Assembly: GCA_963797305.1 (NCBI GenBank)
Contig: CAWCOW010000003.1
Location: forward strand, 856,043 to 920,042
From: an uncultured Alphaproteobacteria bacterium
Lineage (GTDB): Bacteria; Pseudomonadota; Alphaproteobacteria; Acetobacterales; Acetobacteraceae
Direction of reading: 5' to 3'
Length of the DNA stretch: 64,000 nucleotides
Position numbers and translations under genes: made by a program. Shown here one piece after another: positions 18,124-27,013 of the stretch. The notes below the pieces were generated by a model. The model saw only the letters and a program-made list of their open reading frames with translations, searched no databases and was not told the DNA's origin. The first letter of the stretch is position 1. Every line of letters begins with the position of its first letter.

Positions 18124-19165
18124 GGCCTCGTTTCCGGCGGAGGTTTGGCTGGAAACGCTGGAGCAGGATGCCGCGCTGATCGAGGGCATCGCGGCCTATC
18201 GGCGGCATGGCTGGCACCGCACGTTGACCGATCCCCCGACGGTCTGGGCCGAAGGCGAAACGCGGTTGGTGGACTACGGCGTTGCCGGCGGGATGCCGGT
18301 GCTGTTCGTGCCGAGCCTGATCAATCGCGCGTATGTGCTCGACCTGGCGGAAGGCCATTCGATGCTGCGCTGGCTGGCGGACAACGGCGTTCGGCCGCTG
18401 CTGCTCGACTGGGGCTGGCCGGCGGAGACCGAGCGGCGTTTCACCTTGACGGACTACGTCGCCGGGCGGCTGGAGCGGGCGATGACAGCGGCGGTGCGCC
18501 ATGCCGAAGCGCCGCCGGTGCTGGCGGGATACTGCATGGGCGGCACGCTGGCGGTCGCCGCGGCGCACCGGCGGCCCGACCTGATCAGCGGGCTGGCGCT
18601 GCTCGCGGCGCCCTGGGACTTTCATGCGCCCGATCCCGAGCGGGCACTTCAGGCGGCGGGGATGCTGCCGCTGCTGGAACCGGCGTTCGCGTTCAGCCGG
18701 ACGCTGCCGGTGGACCTGCTGCAAACGCTGTTCGCCCTGCTCGACCCTTGGGGCGTGGCGGACAAGTACCGAGCCTTCGCGAATGTGCCGCAGGACAGCG
18801 AGCGGGCGACGCTGTTCGTGGCGCTGGAGGACTGGCTGAACGACGGCGTGCCGCTGGCGGCGGAGGTGGCGCGGGCCTGCCTGGGCGAGTGGTACGGCGA
18901 GAACGCCCCCGCGCGCGGATGCTGGCGGATCGCGGGGCTGCCGATCGACCCGGGTGCGATCCGGACTCCCGCGTTCGTCGCGGTGCCGGGACGCGATCGC
19001 ATCGTGCCGCCGGAATCGGCCTGCCCGCTCGCCCGGCTGATCCCGGGTGCGCTGCTGCACCAGCCGGCGGCCGGGCATGTCGGGATGGTTGCCGGGGCGC
19101 GTGCGGAGGTCGCGCTGTGGAAGCCGTTCCTGGGATGGTTGAGGGGCTTACCGGGGACGGTGTGA
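17927..19165 (+). CDS. phaC: Short class III/IV-like PHA synthase (alpha/beta hydrolase)
   Basis: VLFVPSLINRAYVLDL, lipase box GYCMGG (Cys nucleophile), APWDF, LEDWLNDGVPL, DRIVPP (Asp), GHVGM (His). Start is 17927 or 17960. Confidence 0.82.
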   Translation: MTTRADAPGPLMRRGPRPLLLHLTLAMLRSNVSRATSPLWNAGWPTSNVAEVLQSIQSAVRDGNLEASFPAEVWLETLEQDAALIEGIAAYRRHGWHRTLTDPPTVWAEGETRLVDYGVAGGMPVLFVPSLINRAYVLDLAEGHSMLRWLADNGVRPLLLDWGWPAETERRFTLTDYVAGRLERAMTAAVRHAEAPPVLAGYCMGGTLAVAAAHRRPDLISGLALLAAPWDFHAPDPERALQAAGMLPLLEPAFAFSRTLPVDLLQTLFALLDPWGVADKYRAFANVPQDSERATLFVALEDWLNDGVPLAAEVARACLGEWYGENAPARGCWRIAGLPIDPGAIRTPAFVAVPGRDRIVPPESACPLARLIPGALLHQPAAGHVGMVAGARAEVALWKPFLGWLRGLPGTV

Positions 19166-19185
19166 TACCGAACCCTTCGTGCCCA

Positions 19186-19220
19186 CCGTCATGGCCCGGC
19201 GTCAGTCCGGGCCATGACGG
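19186..19220. repeat. Short REP hairpin variant
   Basis: CCGTCATGGCCCGG-N7-CCGGGCCATGACGG between convergent phaC and mazF. Confidence 0.85.
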
Positions 19221-19273
19221 GGAGGCACAAGGGAGGAACAATCGCGGCGGGTCGAACCCAACGGCGGCTGACT

Positions 19274-19600
19274 TCATACCAGACCGAGAAAGACCGCCAG
19301 TGCGCGGCTGACCTCCAACAGGCCAGCGTTGTCCAGCCGCCCGATAGCCGGTCCGACCTTGGTCCGGCGGACTGTCTGCGGCCGGTCGACCGCAATCTGG
19401 GATGGCGCGCGCAAACCGTTTTCCGCGCCTGGAGCCACATCGATCCGGGCCACCGCCGCCGCCTGCAACGTGCTTGTCAAAGGCAGGACGACAACGGTCG
19501 ACAAGGCATCGAACCAGTCCGCCTGAACGACGACTGCCGGGCGCGGCTTGCCGCTGTCCCCCTGTAGGGCAACGACAACGATATCGCCGCGGCGGATCAG
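19274..19600 (-). CDS. mazF: PemK/MazF family toxin (apparent CTG start)
   Basis: Manual translation: (M)IRRGDIVVVALQGDSGKPRPAVVVQADWFDALSTVVVLPLTS..NGLRAPSQIAVD.PQTVRR.KVG..IGRL. An in-frame TGA lies two codons upstream of the CTG. Confidence 0.88.
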   Translation of the reverse strand: MIRRGDIVVVALQGDSGKPRPAVVVQADWFDALSTVVVLPLTSTLQAAAVARIDVAPGAENGLRAPSQIAVDRPQTVRRTKVGPAIGRLDNAGLLEVSRALAVFLGLV

Positions 19601-19827
19601 CCGAGGTCATCCCAGGCATCGGCGGTGGCGCGCTCCCAGAATATTGTTTCCGCGCGGCCGGCCTCGGTATTGTCGGCCGCTGCGATCGAAAGGCACTGGC
19701 GGCGGCATTCCTCGGCGAACCCGGCCGCACGGGTGTCGCGCACCCATATCTGGACAGGACGGAGGCCGGCGACACGCATCTTGTCACGACGGCGTTTGAC
19801 CCGCTCGGCACTGGTTAAACTTCGCAT
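19597..19827 (-). CDS. DUF3018 / MazE-like antitoxin
   Basis: MRSLTSAERVKRRRDKMRVAGLRPVQIWVRDTRAAGFAEECRRQC; its stop overlaps the toxin start. Confidence 0.88.
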   Translation of the reverse strand: MRSLTSAERVKRRRDKMRVAGLRPVQIWVRDTRAAGFAEECRRQCLSIAAADNTEAGRAETIFWERATADAWDDLG

Positions 19828-19951
19828 ACCGCTACATGTAGCGCACGCATCGCGCTCGGGCAAGTCCAAAAGCAGTTCCCGGCCGCCGCCGGTTCGCTTG
19901 ACCCCTATCGCCCGCGCCGCTTTCCTTCCGGCCCGAACCGAGGAGCCCGCC

Positions 19952-20665
19952 ATGCCCGTCAAACAGCCCGTGGCCATCGTTTTCGACACCTTCGGCACTG
20001 TTGTCGATTGGCGGACCAGCCTGATCGCCGATCTGACCGCATATGGCGACGGACGCGGGGTCGCCGCCGACTGGCCGAAGCTGGTCGATGCCTGGCGTGC
20101 GGCCTATCACCCCTCCATGGACCGGGTCCGCAAGGGCGAGCGGCCGTGGACCACGCTTGACGCGCTGCATCGCGGGTCGCTCGATCTGCTGGTGACCGAG
20201 TTCGGCATCACCGGCCTGTCCGAAGCGGATCTGCAATACCTCAACCGCGGCTGGCACCGGCTGCATCCCTGGCCGGACGCGGTGCCCGGTCTAACCCGGC
20301 TGAAGTCTCGCTTCATCATCGGGCCGCTGTCGAACGGCAACGTCTCGCTGCTGCTGAACATGGCGAAGTTCGCCGGCATCCCGTGGGACATGATCTTCGG
20401 CTCCGACCTGTTCGGGCACTTCAAGCCCGATCCGGAGACCTATCTGGGCGTTGCCCGGTTGCTGGACCTGCGGCCGGACCAGGTGATGATGGCGGCGGCG
20501 CATAACGGCGACCTCGCCGCGGCGCGCGGCTGCGGGCTGCTGACCGCTTTTTTCCCGCGTCCAACGGAGTATGGCCCGCTGCAGACGCGGGATTATGCGG
20601 CCGAGCAGGACTGGGATGTCGTCGCCGCCGACATCGAGGACCTCGCCGCGAAATTCGGTCTCTGA
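19952..20665 (+). CDS. Haloacid dehalogenase type II family HAD hydrolase
   Basis: [45 protein letters not shown]. Confidence 0.9.
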   Translation: MPVKQPVAIVFDTFGTVVDWRTSLIADLTAYGDGRGVAADWPKLVDAWRAAYHPSMDRVRKGERPWTTLDALHRGSLDLLVTEFGITGLSEADLQYLNRGWHRLHPWPDAVPGLTRLKSRFIIGPLSNGNVSLLLNMAKFAGIPWDMIFGSDLFGHFKPDPETYLGVARLLDLRPDQVMMAAAHNGDLAAARGCGLLTAFFPRPTEYGPLQTRDYAAEQDWDVVAADIEDLAAKFGL

Positions 20666-20732
20666 CCCGGGTTGTTTTCCGGCGGCGCCAAACGCACGTG
20701 ATTGCGTCCAACGGGGAGAAGGAACTCGGCTC

Positions 20733-21905
20733 ATGGATGAGGTCGTCATCGTCTCGGCGGCACGCACGCCCGTCGGCAGCTTCAACGGCGCGCTGAGCAG
20801 CGTTCATGCGCACGAACTTGGTGCCACGGCGTTGCAGGCCGCCATCTCCCGGGCAGGTCTTGAGCCCGGCGATGTCGACGAAGTGATCTACGGCCAGGTG
20901 CTTGCCGCCGGCGAAGGCCAGAACCCGACGCGCCAGGCGGCCCGCATCGCCGGGCTGCCGGATCAGAAGACCGCCTTCGGCATCAACCAGGTCTGCGGGT
21001 CCGGCCTGCGCTCCGTCGCGTTGGCCGCACAGCAGGTCCGCACCGGCGAAAGCGCTATCGTCGCCGCGGGCGGCATGGAGAGCATGAGCCTGGCGCCGCA
21101 TGCCGCGCATCTGCGCAACGGCACCAAGATGGGCGGGCTGGAGTTCGTCGACACCATGCTGAAGGACGGGCTGTGGGACGCCTTCCACGGCTATCACATG
21201 GGCAACACCGCCGAAAACGTCGCCGCCAAATACCAGATCGGCCGGGAGCAGCAGGATGCGTTCGCGCTGGCGTCGCAGCAGAAGGCCTCCGCCGCGCAGA
21301 AATCCGGCCGCTTCAAGGACGAGATCGTCCCGGTGACGGTGAAGACCCGCAAGGGCGAGACCAGCGTGGTGGATGACGAGTACATACGGCACGATTCCTC
21401 CGCCGAGGGCATGGCGCGGCTGCGGCCGGCGTTCAGCAAGGATGGTACGGTGACCGCGGGCAACGCCTCCGGGATCAATGACGGTGCCGCGGCGCTGATT
21501 GTGATGTCCGCGGCTGAGGCGGCCAGGCGCGGCCTGACCCCGCTGGCGCGCATCGCCGGATTCGCGACCGCCGGTGTCGATCCGGCGGTGATGGGCACCG
21601 GGCCGATACCGGCGTCCCGCAAGGTGTTGGAGCGGGTTAGGTGGAAGCCGGACGACCTGGATCTGGTCGAGGCGAACGAGGCGTTCGCGGCTCAGGCGCT
21701 GGCGGTGAACAAGGACCTCGGCTGGGACACCGGCCGCGTGAACGTCAATGGCGGAGCGATCGCCATCGGCCATCCCATCGGCGCCTCGGGCGCTCGCATT
21801 CTCGTGACATTGTTGCATGAGATGGTAAAGCGCGACGCGCGGAAGGGGTTGGCGACGCTGTGCATCGGCGGCGGCATGGGTGTGGCGATGTGCCTGGAGC
21901 GCTGA
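20733..21905 (+). CDS. phaA: Acetyl-CoA C-acetyltransferase (beta-ketothiolase)
   Basis: [59 protein letters not shown]; upstream of phaB. Confidence 0.96.
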   Translation: MDEVVIVSAARTPVGSFNGALSSVHAHELGATALQAAISRAGLEPGDVDEVIYGQVLAAGEGQNPTRQAARIAGLPDQKTAFGINQVCGSGLRSVALAAQQVRTGESAIVAAGGMESMSLAPHAAHLRNGTKMGGLEFVDTMLKDGLWDAFHGYHMGNTAENVAAKYQIGREQQDAFALASQQKASAAQKSGRFKDEIVPVTVKTRKGETSVVDDEYIRHDSSAEGMARLRPAFSKDGTVTAGNASGINDGAAALIVMSAAEAARRGLTPLARIAGFATAGVDPAVMGTGPIPASRKVLERVRWKPDDLDLVEANEAFAAQALAVNKDLGWDTGRVNVNGGAIAIGHPIGASGARILVTLLHEMVKRDARKGLATLCIGGGMGVAMCLER

Positions 21906-22047
21906 CCCCCCGGCTTTGGCCCATGACAGAACGTCCATACGAAGCGGTCGCCAACAAATCCGGTTGCCGAAGCGTTTCCACCCTTTGCGATTGTCCCGAA
22001 AGTGCTAAGAAAGCATCGGTTCTAGGAAACAAACTGGGAGGGACCTT

Positions 22048-22770
22048 ATGGCACGCGTCGCATTGGTAACCGGCGGCACTCGCGGAATCGGCTTGGCAAT
22101 CAGCCTGGCCCTGAAGGAACAAGGCCGAACGGTCATTGCCAACTATGCGAGCAATGACGAGGCCGCGGCGGCGTTCAAGGCCGAGCACGGCATCGACGTG
22201 GCGAAATTCAACGTTGCCAACTTCGAGGATACCGAGGCCGGCATCGCCAAGGTGGTGGAACAGTACGGCAAGATCGAGATCCTGGTGAACAACGCGGGCA
22301 TCACCCGCGACGGCACCCTGGTGAAGATGCGCCGCGACATGTGGGATGCGGTCATCGATACGAATCTCGGGTCCTGCTTCAACACCTGCAAGCTGACGTT
22401 CGAGGGCATGCGGGACGCGAAGTTTGGCCGCGTGGTGAACATCGGCAGCCTGAACGGACAGGCCGGGCAGTACGGCCAGGTCAACTACGCCGCCGCCAAG
22501 TCCGGCATCCACGGCTTCACCAAGGCGTTGGCATTGGAAGGCGCGCGATGGGGCATCACCGTCAACGCGCTCGCCCCGGGGTATGTTGATACCGAAATGG
22601 TGCGGGCGGTTCCGGCCGAAGTCCTGAAGAAGATCGTTGCGAAGATCCCGGTTGGCCGCATCGGCCATGCCGAGGACATTGCCCGCGGCGTGGCGTTCCT
22701 GACTTCTGAAGAGGCCGGGTTCATTACTGGATCGACGATTTCGATCAACGGCGGCATGTTCATGTACTAA
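22048..22770 (+). CDS. phaB: Acetoacetyl-CoA reductase
   Basis: VALVTGGTRGIG, NNAGITRD, GQAGQYGQVNYAAAKSG, PGYVDTEMV, KIPVGR, INGGMFMY. Confidence 0.96.
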   Translation: MARVALVTGGTRGIGLAISLALKEQGRTVIANYASNDEAAAAFKAEHGIDVAKFNVANFEDTEAGIAKVVEQYGKIEILVNNAGITRDGTLVKMRRDMWDAVIDTNLGSCFNTCKLTFEGMRDAKFGRVVNIGSLNGQAGQYGQVNYAAAKSGIHGFTKALALEGARWGITVNALAPGYVDTEMVRAVPAEVLKKIVAKIPVGRIGHAEDIARGVAFLTSEEAGFITGSTISINGGMFMY

Positions 22771-22778
22771 GGCTTGCG

Positions 22779-22798
22779 GGGTGGGCCTCGGCCCACCC
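22779..22798 (+). terminator. GC-rich hairpin after phaB
   Basis: GGGTGGGC-CTCG-GCCCACCC, 9 nt after the phaB stop; no clear U-tract. Confidence 0.35.
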
Positions 22799-22860
22799 GG
22801 TTCGCTTGCCTGTTTGGCGGATTCGGAGTCATCCTTTCGTCAAGGAAGGAGGACTCGCCA

Positions 22861-23736
22861 ATGAACGCGCCACGCAACACCCGATATCGCTATCTGGACG
22901 TCCAGAAGATCGCCGGCTCGCTTGGTGCCGATGTGCGCGGTGTCGATTTGTCGCGCGATGTGCCGGACGACGTGCTGGCGGAAATTCGCGCCGCGCTGTT
23001 GGACAATCTGGTGATTGCGATTCGCGATCAGGATATCACACCGGCCCGGCAACTGGCGTTCGCGCGGCGCTGGGGCGACATCCACCTGCATCCGTACATG
23101 GAGGGCATGGCGGATTATCCCGAGATCCTGGCGATCATCAAGCGGCCCTCCGACAAAAAGAATTTCGGCGGATCCTGGCACACCGACCAAATGTTCGCGC
23201 CGAGCCCGGCGATGGGCACGATGCTGTACGCCAAGGAGGTGCCCTCGGCTGGCGGCGATACGCTGTTCACCAATCAATACCTTGCCTATGAGACCCTGTC
23301 GGATGGCATGAAGGCGCTGGCGGCGCAGTTGCGCACGGTGTGCGTCGGGGACAATTTCAAATCGGCGGGCGGGCTTTCGCGCAAGGAACGCTACGCCCGT
23401 CAAATGAGCGAAATGAAGGTCAAGGACCCCGGCGGCGTGCAGACGACCAGCGTGCATCCGCTGGTGCGTACCCATCCGGAAACCGGCCGCAAGGCGATCT
23501 ACATCGGCGGCCATGTGCAGCATTTCGACGGCATGACCGAGGAGGAAAGCCAGCCGCTGATCGACTTCTTCATGCGGCACTCGATCCGGCCGGAGTTCAC
23601 CTGCCGGGTGCGCTGGCAGACCGGGACGCTGACGTTCTGGGACAATCGCTGCACGCAACATTTCGCCGTCAACGATTATCCGGCGGAGACGCGGATCATG
23701 CACCGCATCACGGTGTGCGGCGACGCTCCTTTCTGA
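22861..23736 (+). CDS. TauD/TfdA family Fe(II)/2-oxoglutarate dioxygenase
   Basis: LGADVRGVDL, WHTD (HxD), GGDTLF, HPLVRTHPETGRK, WDNRCTQHFA, MHR.TV.GD. Confidence 0.93.
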   Translation: MNAPRNTRYRYLDVQKIAGSLGADVRGVDLSRDVPDDVLAEIRAALLDNLVIAIRDQDITPARQLAFARRWGDIHLHPYMEGMADYPEILAIIKRPSDKKNFGGSWHTDQMFAPSPAMGTMLYAKEVPSAGGDTLFTNQYLAYETLSDGMKALAAQLRTVCVGDNFKSAGGLSRKERYARQMSEMKVKDPGGVQTTSVHPLVRTHPETGRKAIYIGGHVQHFDGMTEEESQPLIDFFMRHSIRPEFTCRVRWQTGTLTFWDNRCTQHFAVNDYPAETRIMHRITVCGDAPF

Positions 23737-23741
23737 TTTTG

Positions 23742-24521
23742 TTACGCGGCAGTGCCGAGATAGGCCTCGATCACCGCCGGGTTCTGCCGCACCTCCTCCG
23801 GGCGGCCATCGGCGATCTTGCGGCCGAAATTGACTACGACAACCTTGTCCGACACTGACATCACCAGGCTCATGTGATGTTCCACGAGCAGCACGGTGAC
23901 GTGTTGCACGTCGCGTACGCGGCGGATCTGGCCTTCCAGGGTGTGGACTTCATCGTGGTTCAGGCCGGCCGCGGGTTCGTCAAGCAGCAGCAGCTTTGGT
24001 TCGGCCGCCAGGGCGCGCGCGAGTTCGACCCGTTTGCGTATCGGAAACGGCAGGCCGGCGGCAGGGCGGTGGGTAAAGCCGCCGAGGTTCATGAACTCGA
24101 TCAGTTCCTTGGCTTTGTCGCGCACCGCGGCTTCCTGCCGCGCGACGCCTGGCAGGCGCAGGGCGTTGGCGACGAAGCCGCCGCTGCTGCGGCTGTGACG
24201 GCCGACCATTACATTTTCGAGTACGGTCAGGTGGTCGAACAGGGCTACGTTCTGGAAGGTGCGGCCGATCCCGATCGTTGCAATGCGGTGACGTGGCAGC
24301 GGCAGGACGGAGCGGCCTTCGAACAGGATGTCTCCGGCGCTGGGCTGATACAAGCGGCTTAGGCAATTGAACAAGGTGGTCTTGCCGGCGCCGTTGGGCC
24401 CGATCAGACCGGCGATCTGGCCGGGGGCGACGTCGAAACTGACCTTGTCGAGGGCTACCACGCCGCCGAAACGAAGCGTCACTCCCTGCACGGATAGAAG
24501 CGGTGTCGCGTTGGTTGTCAT
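23742..24521 (-). CDS. Branched-chain amino acid-type ABC ATPase (LivG-like), orphan
   Basis: LRFGGVVAL, GPNGAGKTT, RTFQN, LLLDEPAAG, LVEHHM, VIEAYLG. Confidence 0.92.
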   Translation of the reverse strand: MTTNATPLLSVQGVTLRFGGVVALDKVSFDVAPGQIAGLIGPNGAGKTTLFNCLSRLYQPSAGDILFEGRSVLPLPRHRIATIGIGRTFQNVALFDHLTVLENVMVGRHSRSSGGFVANALRLPGVARQEAAVRDKAKELIEFMNLGGFTHRPAAGLPFPIRKRVELARALAAEPKLLLLDEPAAGLNHDEVHTLEGQIRRVRDVQHVTVLLVEHHMSLVMSVSDKVVVVNFGRKIADGRPEEVRQNPAVIEAYLGTAA

Positions 24522-24719
24522 TGCGCTTGTTCGTCCCCGGGTCTCGCGGACAGGACACTGCGCAAGGTCGGGTTCGGATGCAAGTGCCGGTCCGGGGCTG
24601 CCGCCACGGGAACGTGAAAACGCCGCCGGGCCGTGTCCGTTGACCGGGCCGTCGCCGAACATCAGGCTTCGGTTGGCGCCGGGCGAGTGTCCGGCGGTTG
24701 CTGTTTTGTGCAAATAACG

Positions 24720-26081
24720 ATGAGGCCGGCCGTGACTGCTTCGGGTCGTCTGCTTCTGGCAATCAGCCTGGCCGTTGGTTTCGGCACCGGTACGCCTTCG
24801 GCTTACGCCACTGTGGCCGATCAACCGCCCGGAACGATCGCCGGGATAGTTGCGCATGTGCGGGATTCGGTCATGCGGATCGTGGTCGTGCATCCGCCCG
24901 AGACCGCGGACGACACCGGCCAAAACAAGGCTCAGGCCGGCGACTCGCACCCGGTCACGCGGATCGGCTCCGGCTTCGTCATCGACCCGAGCGGACTGGT
25001 GGCGACCAACCGCCATGTCGTGGAAAACACGCTGGCAATTTTCGTCGGGACACCCGACGGCGGACGCTACCGGGCGGAAGTCGTCGGCATGCCCGCCAAG
25101 GCGGACATCGCGCTGCTGCGCATCGTCCATCCGCCCGCGCACCTGACCGCGGTGAAATTCGGCGACAGCGACAAAATCCGGCCGGGGGACACGGTGATCG
25201 CCATCGGCAGTCCGTTCGGGTTCGATAACACTGTCACAGCGGGCATCGTCAGCAGCGTCAATCGCGACATCATGGAAAGCCCGTTCGACGACTATATCCA
25301 GACCGACGCCGCAATCAATCACGGCAATTCCGGCGGTCCGCTGTTCAACATGGCCGGCGAAGTTGTAGGCATGACCAGCGTTTTATATGCGCCTGGCAAT
25401 TACTCGGGTTCGGTCGGGCTTGGGTTCGCAATTCCATCCAACGACCTGCGCTTTGTATTTTCGCGGTTGGAACAATACGGCGAGGTGCGCGCCGGGATGC
25501 TGCCGCTGCGGACGCAGCAGGTCACCGAATTCATGGCGCAGGCGATCGGGTCGCCGGACGCGGGCGGGGCGCTGATCGCGGCGCTGGGTTCGAGGGCGGA
25601 TGAAATGAACCATCAGATCGAACCGGGCGATATCGTGCGGACGTTCAACGGACAACCGGTGATCGACCCGCGCGATCTGGCGCGCAAGGCGGCGCGGGCG
25701 GAAATCGGCAGCATGGCGACGCTGGGGATTTGCCGCAGCGGCACGATCATGTCGGTGCAGGTGCCGATTTTGCCGTTCGAGCACGGGCCGCAAAGTCACG
25801 ACGTTCTTCCCGGGCCGCCCCCGAAAACCCTGGGTCTGCAGCTTGCCGCCGCGCCCGGCGGCGTCACGGTGTCCGCGGTCGATCCGTCCGGAAGCGTAGC
25901 GGACAGCGGCTTGCAGCCCGGGGACGTCATTCTGCGCGTGCAACAGCAGCGCGTTCGCACGCCGCAGGAAGCGGAGGCGGCGCTGAAGGCGCGCGAGGCG
26001 GCGAAGCAGCCATACGCTGCGATTTTGGTAGAGAGGGACGACAAGCCGAGCTGGATTCCCATAGCGTTGCCGGGCGAATAG
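24720..26081 (+). CDS. DegP/DegQ-type trypsin-like serine protease with PDZ domains
   Basis: Signal peptide, GSGFVID, TNRHVV (His), DIALL (Asp), IQTDAAINHGNSGGPL (Ser), two PDZ-like regions. Confidence 0.93.
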   Translation: MRPAVTASGRLLLAISLAVGFGTGTPSAYATVADQPPGTIAGIVAHVRDSVMRIVVVHPPETADDTGQNKAQAGDSHPVTRIGSGFVIDPSGLVATNRHVVENTLAIFVGTPDGGRYRAEVVGMPAKADIALLRIVHPPAHLTAVKFGDSDKIRPGDTVIAIGSPFGFDNTVTAGIVSSVNRDIMESPFDDYIQTDAAINHGNSGGPLFNMAGEVVGMTSVLYAPGNYSGSVGLGFAIPSNDLRFVFSRLEQYGEVRAGMLPLRTQQVTEFMAQAIGSPDAGGALIAALGSRADEMNHQIEPGDIVRTFNGQPVIDPRDLARKAARAEIGSMATLGICRSGTIMSVQVPILPFEHGPQSHDVLPGPPPKTLGLQLAAAPGGVTVSAVDPSGSVADSGLQPGDVILRVQQQRVRTPQEAEAALKAREAAKQPYAAILVERDDKPSWIPIALPGE

Positions 26082-26338
26082 GCGTGGCGGCTGTCATTCC
26101 CTGTAAACAACGGGTATGTTGCCCACCGACGCGGCACCTTTTCGGCCACGAGAAGTTGATCGAAGTTTGTTAGCGATAGCAGGCTGGTTTTCGTCCCGCG
26201 CCCTTGCGACGACTGAGCGTGGCGGCGGAGCATCTGGACAGCCGTCGCGGGGTAAGCATAGACTTGACCCAACGGTGATAGAATGAAAAGCGCGCAGGGA
26301 CGGGCTAACCTGCGCGGTTGGCGAGGAAAACCAGGATA

Positions 26339-26917
26339 ATGAGTGTCAGCGATGCGCACGAAATCGGAGTTTGCCGCCGCCGCGCCCTGTTAGGGGCTGG
26401 ACTGGCTTTGGCGCCCCTGGCGTTGTCGGCCGCGCGGGCGGACGATGCGGCTTCGGAAATGCCGCCGCAGCCGGGCGATCAGCTTGTGTTTTTGACAGGG
26501 CCCAAGACCGGCCAACCTATTCACGTCGAGGATTTGCCGAAAGGCGGCCCACAGGTGCAGGCTTATCCGAGAGCCCCGGATGGCACGGTGCGTGATGGCA
26601 CGCGGCTAAATCTGGTGATCGTGGCTCGCATCGGCGACGAAGGTGTCGATGAAGTGACGCTCGGGCGCATGGCGGATGGTGTCGTGGCCTATTCGGGTGT
26701 CTGCACCCATCAGGCCTGTCCGGTAAACATGTGGTCGGACGCCAATCGCACGTTCGTTTGTTCCTGCCACGGATCGGTGTACGACCCGCGCAACGATGCC
26801 GAGGTACTGGACGGGCCGGCGCCGCATCACCTGGCGGGCCTGCCGTTAAAGACCGAGAATGGCGTGCTGATTGTCGCCGGTGGATTTACCGGGCGCGTCG
26901 GTATGCAAACGACTTGA
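26339..26917 (+). CDS. Tat-exported Rieske [2Fe-2S] protein
   Basis: RRRALL..ARA Tat-type signal, boxes CTHQAC and CSCHGSVY, GPAP motif; about 100 bp upstream of a PQQ dehydrogenase. Confidence 0.9.
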   Translation: MSVSDAHEIGVCRRRALLGAGLALAPLALSAARADDAASEMPPQPGDQLVFLTGPKTGQPIHVEDLPKGGPQVQAYPRAPDGTVRDGTRLNLVIVARIGDEGVDEVTLGRMADGVVAYSGVCTHQACPVNMWSDANRTFVCSCHGSVYDPRNDAEVLDGPAPHHLAGLPLKTENGVLIVAGGFTGRVGMQTT

Positions 26918-27013
26918 TGCGCACAGCAACCGCTGACGGGACCGCGCGGCCCGGCCGCATCATGGCAAGTAAAGCGCGAACGCGTTGACCTGAACGACTT
27001 CAAGGGGGAAATA

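Noticed and set aside
26339-26917. Rieske protein as the petA subunit of cytochrome bc1
   Set aside because: There is no petB or petC nearby, the signal looks cleavable, and the neighbour is a PQQ dehydrogenase.
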